This document shows, piece after piece, positions 1 through 13,459 of a DNA stretch of 64,000 nucleotides (position 1 is the stretch's first letter; each line of letters starts with the position of its first letter). The DNA lies in contig CAWEXO010000015.1 of NCBI GenBank assembly GCA_963813025.1, positions 1-64,000 of the forward strand, given 5' to 3'. The notes below the pieces were generated by a model. It ran no database searches. It was not told the origin of the DNA and saw only the letters and a list, made by a program, of their open reading frames with translations. Source of the DNA: an uncultured Verrucomicrobiae bacterium. GTDB taxonomy: Bacteria > Verrucomicrobiota > Verrucomicrobiia > Chthoniobacterales > JAFAMB01. Made by a program: the position numbers and the translations under genes.

Positions 1-32
1 TTTCAAAGAAAGCAGGTACACTAGCACCAGCA

Positions 33-130
33 ACTAACACTGGCACTAACACTGGCACTAACACTGGCACTAACACTGGCACTAACACTGGCACTAACAC
101 TGGCACTAACACTGGCACTAACACTGGCAC
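33..130. repeat. Tandem repeat, 8 perfect copies of the 12-mer ACTAACACTGGC, directly after the ligA stop
   Basis: Read directly from the sequence; a degenerate copy precedes it at about 19-32. Confidence 0.97.
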
Positions 131-132
131 GA

Positions 133-2435
<2,303 letters not shown>

Positions 2436-3100
2436 TTTGGCACGTCGGGTGCTTCTCCAATCCATCGTTCGCCAAGCGAACGTTTGATCACCGGAAGGAG
2501 CGCGGCTCGATTGGATCGATCGGAGCGGAGCCGGGGGGGCCTGCACCGATCCACAACGGGGGAGATTCCAATCGAGCCGTCTCTGGCGGGAGCGCAATTG
2601 ACCGTTCGGTAAATTTTTTTCTTGCACACCGCGTTTTTAGCCTTTTACTGACGGGTAGACAGAACGGTCAACTATGAAATCCCCAGCTGTTTATCGCCCT
2701 TTGGTTCCCTCTTTTTTCCCTTCCCCCCCGGCGACGCTCCCTCTGGCTCCGCTCCGCCTGGCGCTACACCTATCTAAACTCGTTAACCCAACATCTCACC
2801 TCCTGGCGAGAATAAGGAATTTTTCTATGCCTTACCTCATCAATTCGCGACGATCGAAAGATCAAGAGAGCGCTTTTCCGTGTGCTGATCGCGCCCTCTA
2901 TAACGCCTGGTTCAATCTGTGGTTCCTGAACGATGCGGGCGGATCCAATTCAGACTGCGGAGTACTGTCCTCCAGTCTGCCGCTTTTGATAGACAGCATG
3001 CCGTATCCCAGCAAGAATAGTATTCCAAAATACGTCACCGCGCGTTGCAGCAACGGCTGCAGGAAAAGCGCCGGAGACGCATCCGTACATTCCCAGAACA

Positions 3101-3577
3101 ATGGATTCGGTCGATCTCGAAATTCTTTCGCTCATTCAGAATGACGCCCGTCTCGCTCACGCCTCGGTCGGCGAAAAGCTCGGCATGACCGCGCCCGCGG
3201 TACATGCGCGCATTAAACGCCTTGAACGCGACGGCATCATCCGAGGGTACTTGACAGCAATCGATCCTCAGGCGGTAAATCAAACGCTCTTAGCTTTTGT
3301 GCGGGTAACCAACAACGCTACCGGCAAGAATGAGAAGCATTTCGAGGAGTTCATCTGTGGCGAGCCGAGTATTCTGGAATGCCACGATATTTCCGGAGAA
3401 GATAGCTATCTGTTGAAAATCCGGACGGAATCGGCCGCGTCGCTGCGCAACCTCCTAGCGCGCCTCAGGGAGTTTCCCGGCGTCGAACGCACGGTCACCT
3501 CGATCTCTCTGTGTACGATTAAAGAAAGCGGCGGCCCCCCTCTTCCCGCGAGTTCGAAGGAGCACAACGCGGAGTAG
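3101..3577 (+). CDS. Lrp/AsnC family transcriptional regulator
   Basis: MDSVDLEILSLIQNDAR...VHARIKRLERDGIIRGY HTH and C-terminal ECHDISGEDSYLLKI RAM domain. Confidence 0.95.
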   Translation: MDSVDLEILSLIQNDARLAHASVGEKLGMTAPAVHARIKRLERDGIIRGYLTAIDPQAVNQTLLAFVRVTNNATGKNEKHFEEFICGEPSILECHDISGEDSYLLKIRTESAASLRNLLARLREFPGVERTVTSISLCTIKESGGPPLPASSKEHNAE

Positions 3578-3708
3578 CGTTCGACCGAGCTGAGGCCGAG
3601 GTCCGCAAATCAAATCGTCGTCGTGCTCGCGCGCGGGGAACGGCGCACCTATCGGCCGGTTCGTGGGTTCGTCTGTTCTTCATTCCTTCCTCGTGGTAGC
3701 TTAAGCTG

Positions 3709-4989
3709 ATGCGCTACGCGGCACTTGTCGCGGTACTTTACTTTCCGGTCCTGGCGGCTTCCGCTGCTCCGGGCAAAGTTTTGGTCAGCAAAATCGATGG
3801 AACGATCGGGCCAGCCACGGCTGGATACCTCGACCGGTCGGTTGATTTGGCCAATAAGCAGCACGCGCAATGCCTGGTGGTTGAGCTTAATACTCCCGGC
3901 GGTCTGCTTGACTCGACCCAAGCCATCGTCCGCTCCTTTCTCGCATCGCAGGTTCCTGTCGTTGTCTATGTGTCCCCGATGGGCGCCACGGCCGCGAGTG
4001 CGGGCACATTTATTACCCTGGCCTCGGACGTTGCCGCGATGGCTCCGGCGACGACGATCGGGGCAGCTCATCCGGTGACCATTGCCGCCGGCGGAGTCGC
4101 CGCGAAGCCCGATGACACGATGACAAAAAAGTTGGAGAACTTCGCCGCGAGCTACATTTCGACACTCGCTTCGCGTCGGCACCGCAACGTTCAATGGGCG
4201 GAATCGGCCGTTCGGGAAAGTGCTTCCATCTCCGCCGACAAAGCCCTTGAGTTGCGGGTCATTGAGATTATCGCTCCGGACCTCGATAATCTCCTGACCC
4301 AGCTCAACGGACGCGTTGTTCGCGGACAAACCTTGCAGACTCTCGGCGCCGGCGTCGAGGAAATCCCGAAGTCAGCAGCGGAGCAAGTTTTCCAGGTGCT
4401 TTGGCGACCCGAAGTGATGTTCATCCTAACATTGGTCACAATCTACGGTCTGATTGGAGAGTTCACGACGCCGGGCGCGATTCTGCCCGGGGTCGTCGGA
4501 TTGATCGCTCTGGTGCTGGTTCTTTACATGTCGGCGATTCTGCCGGTAAATATCGCCGGCCTCCTGCTCATCCTTTTATCAGTCGGGCTCTTTATTATTG
4601 ATCTGTTTGCTCCTACCCACGGGATTCTCACCGGAGGCGGTATCATCGCGTTTCTGGTTGGCTCGCTCATGCTCTTTAATCGGCATGACCCGCTTTTTCG
4701 GCTCTCCCTGGCGTACATCATTCCCGGAGTGATCGTGACATCCGCTTTCTTCCTACTGGTGGTGAGCAAGGGAGTGCGCGCGCAACGGCAGCCGCCCAGG
4801 ACTGGGAAGGAGAGCATGTTAGGAAGTGCTGGCAGAAGCATGACTCCGATCGGCCCGGCCGGCGGACAAATTCTGATTGCCGGGGAATACTGGAACGCGG
4901 TGAGCGAAACACCTATCGACAAAGACTGCCCAGTGCGCATTATCGGTATGCAAGGACTCACCCTTCGCGTAAAACCGGAAAAAATATGA
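3709..4989 (+). CDS. nfeD: NfeD family membrane-bound ClpP-class serine protease
   Basis: Signal peptide, LNTPGGL and AASAGTFI motifs, transmembrane region, C-terminal GEYWNA OB-fold; paired with SPFH gene. Confidence 0.93.
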   Translation: MRYAALVAVLYFPVLAASAAPGKVLVSKIDGTIGPATAGYLDRSVDLANKQHAQCLVVELNTPGGLLDSTQAIVRSFLASQVPVVVYVSPMGATAASAGTFITLASDVAAMAPATTIGAAHPVTIAAGGVAAKPDDTMTKKLENFAASYISTLASRRHRNVQWAESAVRESASISADKALELRVIEIIAPDLDNLLTQLNGRVVRGQTLQTLGAGVEEIPKSAAEQVFQVLWRPEVMFILTLVTIYGLIGEFTTPGAILPGVVGLIALVLVLYMSAILPVNIAGLLLILLSVGLFIIDLFAPTHGILTGGGIIAFLVGSLMLFNRHDPLFRLSLAYIIPGVIVTSAFFLLVVSKGVRAQRQPPRTGKESMLGSAGRSMTPIGPAGGQILIAGEYWNAVSETPIDKDCPVRIIGMQGLTLRVKPEKI

Positions 4990-5780
4990 TTGAGGAATCC
5001 ACAAGACTGCTGGCCTGGGTTATTCCGCTCGTCTTAATCCTGCTTTTAATTGTTCCGCAAGGCCTGCGCGTGCTGCGGGAATATGAACGAGGAGTCATTT
5101 TCCGTCTGGGCAAACTTCTTGGAGTAAAAGGCCCCGGCCTGATTTTCCTGATCCCGATTGTCGACCGGATGGTGAAAATGGATCTGCGGGTAATCACCAT
5201 TGATGTTCCCCGACAGGAAGCGATGACCCGCGACAACGTCCCGGTCACGGTAGATGCGGTGATCTATTTTCGGGTTCTCGATCCGGCAGCCGCGGTCGTG
5301 AAGGTGGAGAATTACAGCAAGGCGACTTCTTTGATCGCCCAAACAACCCTGCGGAGCGTAATGGGGCAGGTCGAATTAGACGAACTGCTTTCGCAACGCG
5401 ACAAGATCAACCTGACGTTGCAAACGATTATCGATCAGCATACTGACCCTTGGGGCATCAAGGTGACTTCCGTCGAGGTAAGAGATGTAGTTCTGCCCGA
5501 CGGAATGAAACGCGCGATGGCGCGCCAGGCGGAAACTGAGCGAGAACGGCGCGCCAAGATTATTAACGCAGAAGGCGAATTCCAGGCTGCTGAAAAATTG
5601 GTCCAGGCCGCCTCAATGATCGCGGCGCAGCCGATCGCGCTGCAGCTTCGTTTTCTGCAGACTGTCCGGGAAATCGCGAGCGAACGGAACACGACGACCT
5701 TTTTTCCCCTGCCGATTGACATGTTTGCCCCCTACTTCAAGGGGAGGCCTCCGGCTCAGGGGGGCGATAAGCAGGTTTAG
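4986..5780 (+). CDS. SPFH/Band 7 (stomatin-like) protein
   Basis: [47 protein letters not shown] overlap with nfeD. Confidence 0.95.
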   Translation: MIEESTRLLAWVIPLVLILLLIVPQGLRVLREYERGVIFRLGKLLGVKGPGLIFLIPIVDRMVKMDLRVITIDVPRQEAMTRDNVPVTVDAVIYFRVLDPAAAVVKVENYSKATSLIAQTTLRSVMGQVELDELLSQRDKINLTLQTIIDQHTDPWGIKVTSVEVRDVVLPDGMKRAMARQAETERERRAKIINAEGEFQAAEKLVQAASMIAAQPIALQLRFLQTVREIASERNTTTFFPLPIDMFAPYFKGRPPAQGGDKQV

Positions 5781-5801
5781 CTAACAGCGAGCCGCGGGGT
5801 G

Positions 5802-6040
5802 GTAGGGACCGGCTCCTGTCGGTCCTCCTTGAACTCCTTGAACTCCTGCAACTCCTGCAACTCCTGCGCCCTACCACTCCGAGGCGATCAGCCTTCCGTA
5901 GGGAAGGACCGACAGGAGCCGGTCCCTAACCAACCCCGCGGCGATCAAGCATGCAGTAGGGAGGGACCGTCTGGAGCCCCGCGGGTCCCTTCCGCTCCGC
6001 GGCGATCGGAACGCGGTAGGGATGACCTCCCGCTCGTCCT
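5802..6040. repeat. Cluster of GTAG-type REP-like palindromes enclosing AACTCCTTG/AACTCCTGC tandem repeats
   Basis: TAGGGACCGGCTCCTGTCGGTCCT pairs with AGGACCGACAGGAGCCGGTCCCTA; further GTAGGG-started palindromes at about 5956 and 6016. Confidence 0.75.
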
Positions 6041-6116
6041 GACAACTTGCCTTGCGGAAAGAAGAATTATTTTAAAAGTGGAAAAATCGCATTGAGTCCT
6101 CGATGAAAACAAGATT

Positions 6117-7692
6117 GTGACCGCTTGCCCCAAGAAAGCGCAGTCCCTGCTTCGAGCAGCGTTCTGCGCGTTAGTCCTGCTCGGGAAAGGTTGTGCAATC
6201 TACGAAAAACCAGCAGAAGGACCGCCCCTCACGCAGGCCAGCCGCAGGCTCGTCCGAGCCGAAAAAATGAATCTTAACTCTGAGGGACAGGCCGCCGAAT
6301 ACCTCGCGGTAGCACGGATCGCTGCTCGCGAAATTGGCAGCGTTCACACCGGCCCCTCTCCTGCTTCCAGCCAGGCGATTGCGCTTTATAATCGGTCTAG
6401 CGCGGATCTCGCGGCGACTGTGCCTGCACTCATCCGTAAGACGAACGCTTCCAGCACGTTGACCTTGCATGACCAGTGGACTGGTCAAACTTCCGAACTG
6501 CAGATCGACTCCGGCAAACCCGGAGAATATTCACCCGCTTATTTCCAGGAAATTTTGACAGCTCGGAGCGTCGACCGAAAAGGTCTTACGGACGACGCGA
6601 AACGACCGGGCCTGGGCGGCGCAGTCGTTGGCGTTCAGCAGGGTTCGCCGCCACCTCGGCTTCAGCCACTAAAAGGATTCCGTGTCCCGGTGACTGCGGC
6701 GGTGGATTTCGCTGAATCGAACAGTGCTCCCGGCGCCGAGTTACGTCTTCTCGATCCGAACCAAATGGATACCATGACACTTGAAGGGAAACGTTATCCA
6801 TTGGCCGCCGACTATTCAGCAGCCGATCCAACCAAGATTCCGGTAATCTTTGTTCACGGTCTGCTCTCTTCTACTTATGTCTGGCGTAACGTCGTCAACT
6901 CTCTGCTGAGCGACCCGGAGATCCGTCGGCGTTACCAGTTCTAGGCATTCTCTTATTCGACAGGCAACCCGATGGCCTATTCGGCGCTCACGCTGCGTGA
7001 TGATCTCGCGTATGCGCAACAGCGATACGGCTTTAAGCAAGTCATCCTGATTGGTCACAGCATGGGCGGCATTCTGTCACGCCTGCAGGTAACTAACTCC
7101 GGGCGCGTTATCTGGAACGAGGTGTTGGGATCAAAAGCCGACCGGCTTTACGCCGAGGTATCGGACAATTCTCTCCTCAAACGCGCGCTCATCTTCCATG
7201 CGAACCCGACGGTGAAGCGAGTCATATTCGTCTGCACACCGCATCCCGGCAGCACTCTCGCAACGGGTGGCATCGGCCGCGCTTGGCAACCGTCTGATTC
7301 GATTACCGTTCAAAGTTGTTTCGGCTATTCCCCGATCCGTGGCTGCGGCACTCGCGCCCAACAACGACCCACGAAAATTTCGCGCCCCGACGAGCATCAG
7401 CGGGCTTTCCCCGTCGAATCCACTTTTGAAAGCGCTGGACAAACTCCCGATCGAAGCGCCGCACAATTCCATCATTGGCGACCGTGGCCGAGGCGATACC
7501 CCGAACAGTTCCGACGGCGTCGTCCCGTATCGGAGCTCTCATCTTGACTCAGCGCAATCGGAACTCATTGTGCCGACCGATCACGGGGCGATGAAGAGTC
7601 CCAAGACCGTTGCCGAAATCCGGCGGATTCTCTTTCTCCAGATCGGCGCTCAGGCTCCGCCGCGCTCAGCGGTTCGATCTCACCAGTTATGA
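6117..7692 (+). pseudogene. Alpha/beta-hydrolase (lipase/esterase) lipoprotein with in-frame TAG (6942) and frameshift (about 7270)
   Basis: IPVIFVHGLLSS, GHSMGG nucleophile elbow, TPHPGS and SDGVVPY...TDH motifs spread over three ORFs; RYQF*AFSY suggests TGG to TAG. Confidence 0.75.
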
Positions 7693-7771
7693 TTGCCGCA
7701 AATTGTCTCGCCGGGGCAAGAAACCAAGGTCCGACACACGATTTTTATCCGCGCGGGGCAGCTTTCAAAAA

Positions 7772-8794
7772 CTACAGGTGGTAGGCCGATGCGTTCGAAA
7801 AAGGATCATAGATGCCGCGGCTATTCGGTTCCGGGACGTATACAAATCCGTAGAGATCTTTCTTGATATTAACCGGCTCGAGGAGCAGGCCTTTGTTACG
7901 AACTGCCTTGGTGTACTCGAGCAGAACTCGTGCGGTGCCATTGATGCCCCACATCTTGAATCCCGTCCCGAGAAATCCGCCGTTCGGGTAAAGCTCTTCC
8001 AGCCCGGCCATCGCATGGAAACAATTGATTGCGACTCGATCCTTGCGATAGAGGCGGTCATCGGCCCGATAACAGATCGTTCCTCGATCGAGCAACCGCT
8101 TCCGTTTCACGCCAAGATCAAACGCCTCTTTTTTGATCTCGTAGGGTCCCCACATGCCTACCGCATTTTTGACATTGACCGCGAGCTTCAACGTCTGATC
8201 GAGCCTGAAGCTTCTCCCGTTCGAGATAGGACATTTATTCAACCTCGGAAAAACGCGGCTGCCCAAGCCATCGAAAACGCACAAATGCGGATTTGTATCG
8301 AAATCGCGAGGCAGCCAGCTAACTGTAAAAGCTTCAAAATTCCGGTTCTTGAATCTCCCTCGTCTGAGTCCCGAGGTGAACCTGGGCTGCTTGCGGTCGG
8401 CGAGCACACGTATCACCGAGATGAACGAGTGCGAAAATTCCGGCGTATTACCTTTGTCTTGGTACGCGAAAGGAACAATAAAATAGCGGTCCCGTTTATT
8501 CTCGCCTTCGCCCAGGCGCGCGGCAATCTTGGCCTTGATCCGGTTCACGACCTGTTCGTATAACGGCGCATTATAGTTTGAGAATTCGACATCGCCTTTC
8601 CGCAATGCTCCGTCGACCGGAATGCACGGGCTGCAAAGTAAGGCGTACGCTGCGGTCCAACTAACAAGAGGTTTGACTCGCCGGCCGATTTTCCGCTGTC
8701 CTTCGCGGCCGCCGCGGACCGGCCACTTGCCCTCCCTATTAACGAGCCCATTGGTGAGCCGGGCGTGCACATCGGTTTTATTGATGTGATTCAT
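7772..8794 (-). CDS. Hypothetical, probably exported protein (true start likely downstream of 8794)
   Basis: 340-codon ORF with protein-like composition, a hydrophobic segment near residue 45-60, SHSF and INCFH motifs. Confidence 0.65.
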   Translation of the reverse strand: MNHINKTDVHARLTNGLVNREGKWPVRGGREGQRKIGRRVKPLVSWTAAYALLCSPCIPVDGALRKGDVEFSNYNAPLYEQVVNRIKAKIAARLGEGENKRDRYFIVPFAYQDKGNTPEFSHSFISVIRVLADRKQPRFTSGLRRGRFKNRNFEAFTVSWLPRDFDTNPHLCVFDGLGSRVFPRLNKCPISNGRSFRLDQTLKLAVNVKNAVGMWGPYEIKKEAFDLGVKRKRLLDRGTICYRADDRLYRKDRVAINCFHAMAGLEELYPNGGFLGTGFKMWGINGTARVLLEYTKAVRNKGLLLEPVNIKKDLYGFVYVPEPNSRGIYDPFSNASAYHL

Positions 8795-9206
8795 TGCTAC
8801 TTTCGAACCGCCAGGTTCAGGACTCCGATGAAAGTGGCGATTAGAAACAGTCGTTCTGATTTCATAATTGTTTCAGAGAGACCGGTTAATCCGGTGGCCG
8901 CCCTTGCCCGAAAGAGACTCGACTCCTCTTCGAGATCCTCGAGGATCGAGCTCGCAGACGTCGTTCAGGGTTCGGCGTGCCCCTAGTCCGGAGATTACAC
9001 CGTGAAGTTAACTGATTGGGAAGTTCTGTGGGGGTTCTTCTTTCCAAGGGTTACACCTGAGACGATCCCCAAGTGGCTGATTGCAAAACATAGTTGGCTC
9101 CGCTTCGAATATCCAGTTTTCAAAGTCCGACGGCTTCTGCCAGCTCGCCAAATACCGGAGCCGGTAACGATGAACCTGCCGGATTTTAGCACAGAAAGCC
9201 TAAAAG

Positions 9207-9349
9207 TCACAGCGGGGCGTAGCCGCAACCAAATCGTCCTCGTTCTCGAACATATCCGGCTGCTGAAAAGGTTCACGCGAGCGCACCGGCGTAGCGCGGA
9301 CGGCCTCGTCCGTATCCCGGGAGGCGACGCACGAGGCCGTGCGCCTTAC
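9207..9349. repeat. Composite REP-like element
   Basis: TCACAGCGGGGCGTAGCCGCAACCA (related copies at 13597-13621 and 63635-63653) and GTAGCGCGGACGGCCTCGTCCG at 9291-9312 with a degenerate inverted partner. Confidence 0.8.
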
Positions 9350-9546
9350 CCGAGTGCAAAACCGTCGCGGCATGAAAATCCTCGCCAAATTGATCGAATT
9401 TCCAGGGTAGCAGTGCAGAGATTTGCTTCTCTTGCGCTGACCCTGATTTTTCGGCTTTGCGATTTTCGGCGGGTCTGTGAACAAGTGTTTCGATAACAGG
9501 GTGGAAGGGCGTGTCGGATTGGAAGCCTGTGCCACGAGAAAACCCG

Positions 9547-10032
9547 TCACTCCTCGCCGTCAAGGTAGGCCACTTCCTTCCCTTTCACGACCACTCGCGG
9601 AGGGCCAAACCGTTGTACAGCAAACTTGTCGCTGTCCGGATAGTAACATGACTCGCCGATCGGGTTATCGGCGATGATGTATAACTGCAGCGACGTATCT
9701 TTGTCGCTCCGGAGTTCGTGCGCTTCGCCCGGACCAAAAATGAATGCGTCTCCCGCCTTCACTGCATGCCAACCCTCCTGGTCCCGGACGACTCCCGAAC
9801 CGGCGATGATCAGGTAAAATTCCCATTGGGCCGAATGAGCGTGATAGGGACACATGCTCTTTCCATCGCGCAGGATGCAAAAATCAACGTCGAACGGGTG
9901 TCGTTCGGACAAATTCTCGGACTCGGGTTTGCGACCTAATGCAACGGAGATCTCTTTATCCTCTGATAGGTATTTTCCTCCGGGAGATTCCCAGTGGATT
10001 AATGGGATGTCCGCGACATTCACAATCTTCAT
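9547..10032 (-). CDS. Cupin domain protein
   Basis: PYHAHSAQWEFYLI...GDAFIFGPGEAHEL cupin motifs. Confidence 0.9.
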   Translation of the reverse strand: MKIVNVADIPLIHWESPGGKYLSEDKEISVALGRKPESENLSERHPFDVDFCILRDGKSMCPYHAHSAQWEFYLIIAGSGVVRDQEGWHAVKAGDAFIFGPGEAHELRSDKDTSLQLYIIADNPIGESCYYPDSDKFAVQRFGPPRVVVKGKEVAYLDGEE

Positions 10033-10134
10033 GGCGAGCGATCGCGCAAAACGCGGAAAGCGTCAACGCTGCTTGCCTGCCCGGCCCCGAGACGTTGAAC
10101 CTTGAACGTGCAACGCTGAACGTTACAGGTATCC

Positions 10135-10997
10135 ATGGCTCACGTAATTGTTACTGGAGGAAGCGGCAAAGTCGGGCGTGCGTGCATCGCTGATCTTATC
10201 GCGCATGGTTACGAGGTGGCGAGCGTCGATACGGTTTCACCGCGCGCAGAAATCTGTCCCTTTACAATGGTAGACTTATCCGATTTCGGGCAAGCGATGG
10301 AGGCGTTTTCGGAGATTGACGATCGGTTTCGGGGTGTCAATTCGGTAGTGCATCTCGCAGCAATTCCTGCTCCCGGCAAAAACCCGAATGCGGTCATCTT
10401 CCGAGACAACATGTTTAGCACGTACAACGTTTTTGAAAGTGCGCGCCGGCTGGGAATTAAGAATGTCGTCTGGGCATCAAGCGAGACCGTGCTTGGTTTG
10501 CCCTTTACTACACCACCACGTACGTGCCGGTCGATGAGGAATATGCGGGACGACCAGAGACAGCCTACTCTCTTTCCAAGTTCCTGGGCGAAGAAATGGC
10601 GAAACAGTTTTGCCGATGGGATCCCAAGCTGAAAATCATTGGATTACGTTTCTCCAACGTGATGGAGCCGGCGGACTACGCTCGGTTCCCCGGTTTTGAC
10701 GCGGACGCGAAAACGCGCAAATGGAATCTTTGGGCCTACGTCGATGCGCGCGACGCTGCGCAAGCAATCCGAAAAGCCTTGGAAATTTCACGCCAAGGCG
10801 CCGAGGTATTCATTATTGCCAATGCTGACTCGGTGATGTCGCGGCCCAATCACGAGCTGATGGATGAGATTTATCCTGGTGTGCAATTTAAGAAAAGCAC
10901 CGAACCCAATGAGACGCTGCTTTCGATCGCTAAGGCTCGCTCTGTGCTTGGATACGAGCCCACACAGCTGGAGATAGATCTAGGTTCTATCTCGTAG
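10135..10997 (+). CDS. NAD-dependent epimerase/dehydratase, frameshifted near 10520
   Basis: VTGGSGKVG, VVHLAAIP and WASSETV in one frame; YSLSK and GLRFSNV in the next. Confidence 0.85.
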
Positions 10998-11087
10998 CGT
11001 AAATCAATGCAGATCTCGACCCGCTCGCCCGGCCACCTGCTATTACATGCGGCCCGTGCGTCACCACTCCGGACACGGCGACGAATA

Positions 11088-11507
11088 TCAGGACAAAAGT
11101 TTCGCCTCGAGCGAAATATCCGCGTTCAATACCTTCGAGACCGGGCAGTTCGCCTTGGCTTCCTTTGCCAGCTCGCTGAATTTTCCCTGGTCGATGCCCG
11201 GCACCCTGCCCTCCAGCTCAAGATGGATCGCGGTGATCGCCAGCTTGCTCTCATCAAGCGTCAGGGTTGCTTTAGTGGCGAGGCGTTCTGCCTTGTGGCC
11301 GGCTTTTTCCAGGAAATTTGAAAGGGCCATGCTGAAGCAACCGGCGTGCGCGACCGCGATGAGCTCCTCGGGGTTCGTTTCGGTCCCATCGCCAAAGCGA
11401 GAGCGAAAGGAATACGGCGTGTTTTTCAAAACTGCGCTCTGAGTAGTCAGCGTGCCCTTACCCTCTTTGAGGTTGCCTTCCCAAACGGCGTTTGCAGTAC
11501 GTTTCAT
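11088..11507 (-). CDS. osmC: OsmC family peroxiredoxin
   Basis: MKRTANAVWEG, TNPEELIAVAHAGCFSMAL, CPVSK. Confidence 0.95.
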   Translation of the reverse strand: MKRTANAVWEGNLKEGKGTLTTQSAVLKNTPYSFRSRFGDGTETNPEELIAVAHAGCFSMALSNFLEKAGHKAERLATKATLTLDESKLAITAIHLELEGRVPGIDQGKFSELAKEAKANCPVSKVLNADISLEAKLLS

Positions 11508-11569
11508 ATGCAACAGTAGTTGCACGTTTCCCACTTGCCAATTGCCATCTCTCGTTTGCTATTCGCCTG

Positions 11570-12033
11570 ATGGCGCCATTGACAATTCGCCCGGCCACAC
11601 CTTCCGACGGCAAGACCGTTGCCCGCCTCGTGCGAAACCTCGCCCGGTACGAGCGACTCGAGCACGAGGTGATTTCCACGCCGGAGAGCTTTACCCGGAT
11701 TCTGAATGATCCCGCCCGAAAGGTGGAGATCCTGCTCGCCGAGATCGAAGATCAAGCCATCGGATTTGCCCTTTTTTCGAGAATTTCTCGACGTTCCTCG
11801 GGGAGCAGGGTCTTTACCTTGAGGACCTTTTCGTTGAGCCCGAATTCCGCCGATCGGGTATTGGCACCGCCCTGTTCGACGAACTGTTTCGGATTGCCCG
11901 CGCCAGGAAATACGGACGCGTCGAATGGCATGTGCTGGAGTGGAACGAACCGGCCATCAAATTTTATACGGAGAAACTGGGTGCGAAACTGTTGGTGGAC
12001 TGGCGGGTGTGCCGAGTCGTGATCAAGACCTAA
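11570..12033 (+). CDS. GNAT N-acetyltransferase (diamine acetyltransferase-like), frameshift in T-run near 11775
   Basis: TIRPAT...LARYE, then in the shifted frame FSTFLGEQGLYLEDLFVEPEFRRSGIG...EWHVLEWNEPAIKFY, ending TAA at 12033. Confidence 0.85.
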
Positions 12034-12439
12034 TGATTTCCAGCTCGTCGGGAGCGGCAATCGCTTCAATGCCGGAATCGAACGTCGCCAATTTTGCTTT
12101 GTGCCGTGTTGCCAACCTTACCAGATAAAAATCGGTCACCTGTCGATAGCCGGCCAGTGCGCGAAAGTCGATTGGCGGGAAATGGGAAAGTTCTTTCCAG
12201 TATTGGTGTTCCCCTGATTGAGAAAGCTGATCGAGAAGCGCGGCAGCTTCATATGGCGACACTGCATCCGCAGTAAATGCCCGGTTGGATGAGAGTCGAA
12301 TGAAGCCTAATTCCGTAATGGCGCACGTCGCCCAACTCCGGGGCCTCTGTTTCCACCAATGTCGAGCGCGCCGATGAAATTCATGATTCGGCCAAGCTAG
12401 AGCCAAGAGCAAATTGACATCGAGGAGATACGTGGTCAT
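12023..12439 (-). CDS. vapC: VapC family PIN-domain toxin
   Basis: YLLDVNLLLAL, TCAITELGFIR, QVTDFYL, LATFD. Confidence 0.92.
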   Translation of the reverse strand: MTTYLLDVNLLLALAWPNHEFHRRARHWWKQRPRSWATCAITELGFIRLSSNRAFTADAVSPYEAAALLDQLSQSGEHQYWKELSHFPPIDFRALAGYRQVTDFYLVRLATRHKAKLATFDSGIEAIAAPDELEIIRS

Positions 12440-12666
12440 GAGCCTTCTTCGTCCAAGATTTCCTTCGCTCGAGTTCCCGGAATAGCCGTGGCGCTAGGGC
12501 CCACCGGAAAAACCGGCAGATCATCGATTCGGTCGAACCTAGGCTCTGTGGAGAGACCCCTCCGCACCAGACGCGAGATTACTTCACCAAAGGTACGACC
12601 CGATTCTCGTGCGATCTGTTTCGCCGCGGCATGGATATCGTCGTCGAGCATCAATGTTGTCCGCAT
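12436..12666 (-). CDS. vapB: VapB-type RHH antitoxin
   Basis: MRTTLMLDDDI...GEVISRLVRRGL; ATGA overlap with vapC. Confidence 0.9.
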   Translation of the reverse strand: MRTTLMLDDDIHAAAKQIARESGRTFGEVISRLVRRGLSTEPRFDRIDDLPVFPVGPSATAIPGTRAKEILDEEGS

Positions 12667-12720
12667 GCATCAACTCTATGCTGTGATGTGGTAGCTGGCA
12701 AGTGGCAGAGGTAATTCGCG

Positions 12721-13374
12721 CTACTTTATTCCTATGCGCTGAGTCATCGCTTCTTCCACTTTGCGACGTTGCGCTTCGAAGGCCTCTTCATCGACTGTCT
12801 GGGGAATCTCGATCAACGGAAGCAAGGTTATCGTCACCGCGGAGAACGGTTTAGGGATAAAAAAACCGTCCCAGGATTTCAGCCGCCAAAAGCGATCGTA
12901 CTCAACAAGAAACGGCAACAAGGGGACTCCACAGCGCTGCGCTAAAAGGATCGCGCCAGGGCTCAGGGAGTAGCGCGGACCGCGCGGTCCGTCCGGCGTA
13001 ATGCACAGATCGTAGCCCGCCTCGAGTTTTCGCACTAAATCAAGCAACGCAGGCCCTCCCCGGCGAGAGGTGGAGCCTCGCACCGAACCCATCCGAAACT
13101 CCCGAACAAAAGCCTCCAGATATGCTCCGTCCCGACTTGCGCTGGTAAGCACCAGTACTCCTTTCCGCCGCGGATATTTCCGCCGAAAGAGGGTTGGCAT
13201 CCCCAGAATCCGGTTGTGCCAGATCAGCATTACGACTGGGTGCGGAACTCCATTGAGGAATCCGGCTTCATCGATCAAACGATAGCGAAGCGTAGCGCAC
13301 AAGGCTTTGACCAGCAGCGCCCCGAACCGAACGGCGGCGCGGCGCGAAAAGCTAAGTTCCTTGATGTGGGTCAC
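12721..13374 (-). CDS. DUF374 / lysophospholipid acyltransferase family protein
   Basis: WHNR, SASRDG, VRGSTSRRG, ITPDGPRGP, SWDGFFIPKPFS; GTG at 13374 chosen because the upstream extension is repeat-derived. Confidence 0.88.
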   Translation of the reverse strand: MTHIKELSFSRRAAVRFGALLVKALCATLRYRLIDEAGFLNGVPHPVVMLIWHNRILGMPTLFRRKYPRRKGVLVLTSASRDGAYLEAFVREFRMGSVRGSTSRRGGPALLDLVRKLEAGYDLCITPDGPRGPRYSLSPGAILLAQRCGVPLLPFLVEYDRFWRLKSWDGFFIPKPFSAVTITLLPLIEIPQTVDEEAFEAQRRKVEEAMTQRIGIK

Positions 13375-13459
13375 GGCCGATCGAGTCGCAGCATTTCGCT
13401 CGATTTCTCTTCTTTGTAATACTGATGTTGAGCTTCGCGCAAGTTCGCGAGGATTTTCA

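Noticed and set aside
33..130. Possible CRISPR array
   Set aside because: Contiguous 12-bp units with no unique spacers, and no cas genes in the window
6930..6960. Amber recoding (pyrrolysine or alternative genetic code) at the in-frame TAG
   Set aside because: TAG is used as a normal stop in many genes here, and this gene has other lesions
7610..8563. 317-aa plus-strand ORF and other long antisense ORFs (e.g. 586-1314, 24161-25126, 28976-29770)
   Set aside because: Shadow frames opposite better-supported genes in GC-rich DNA
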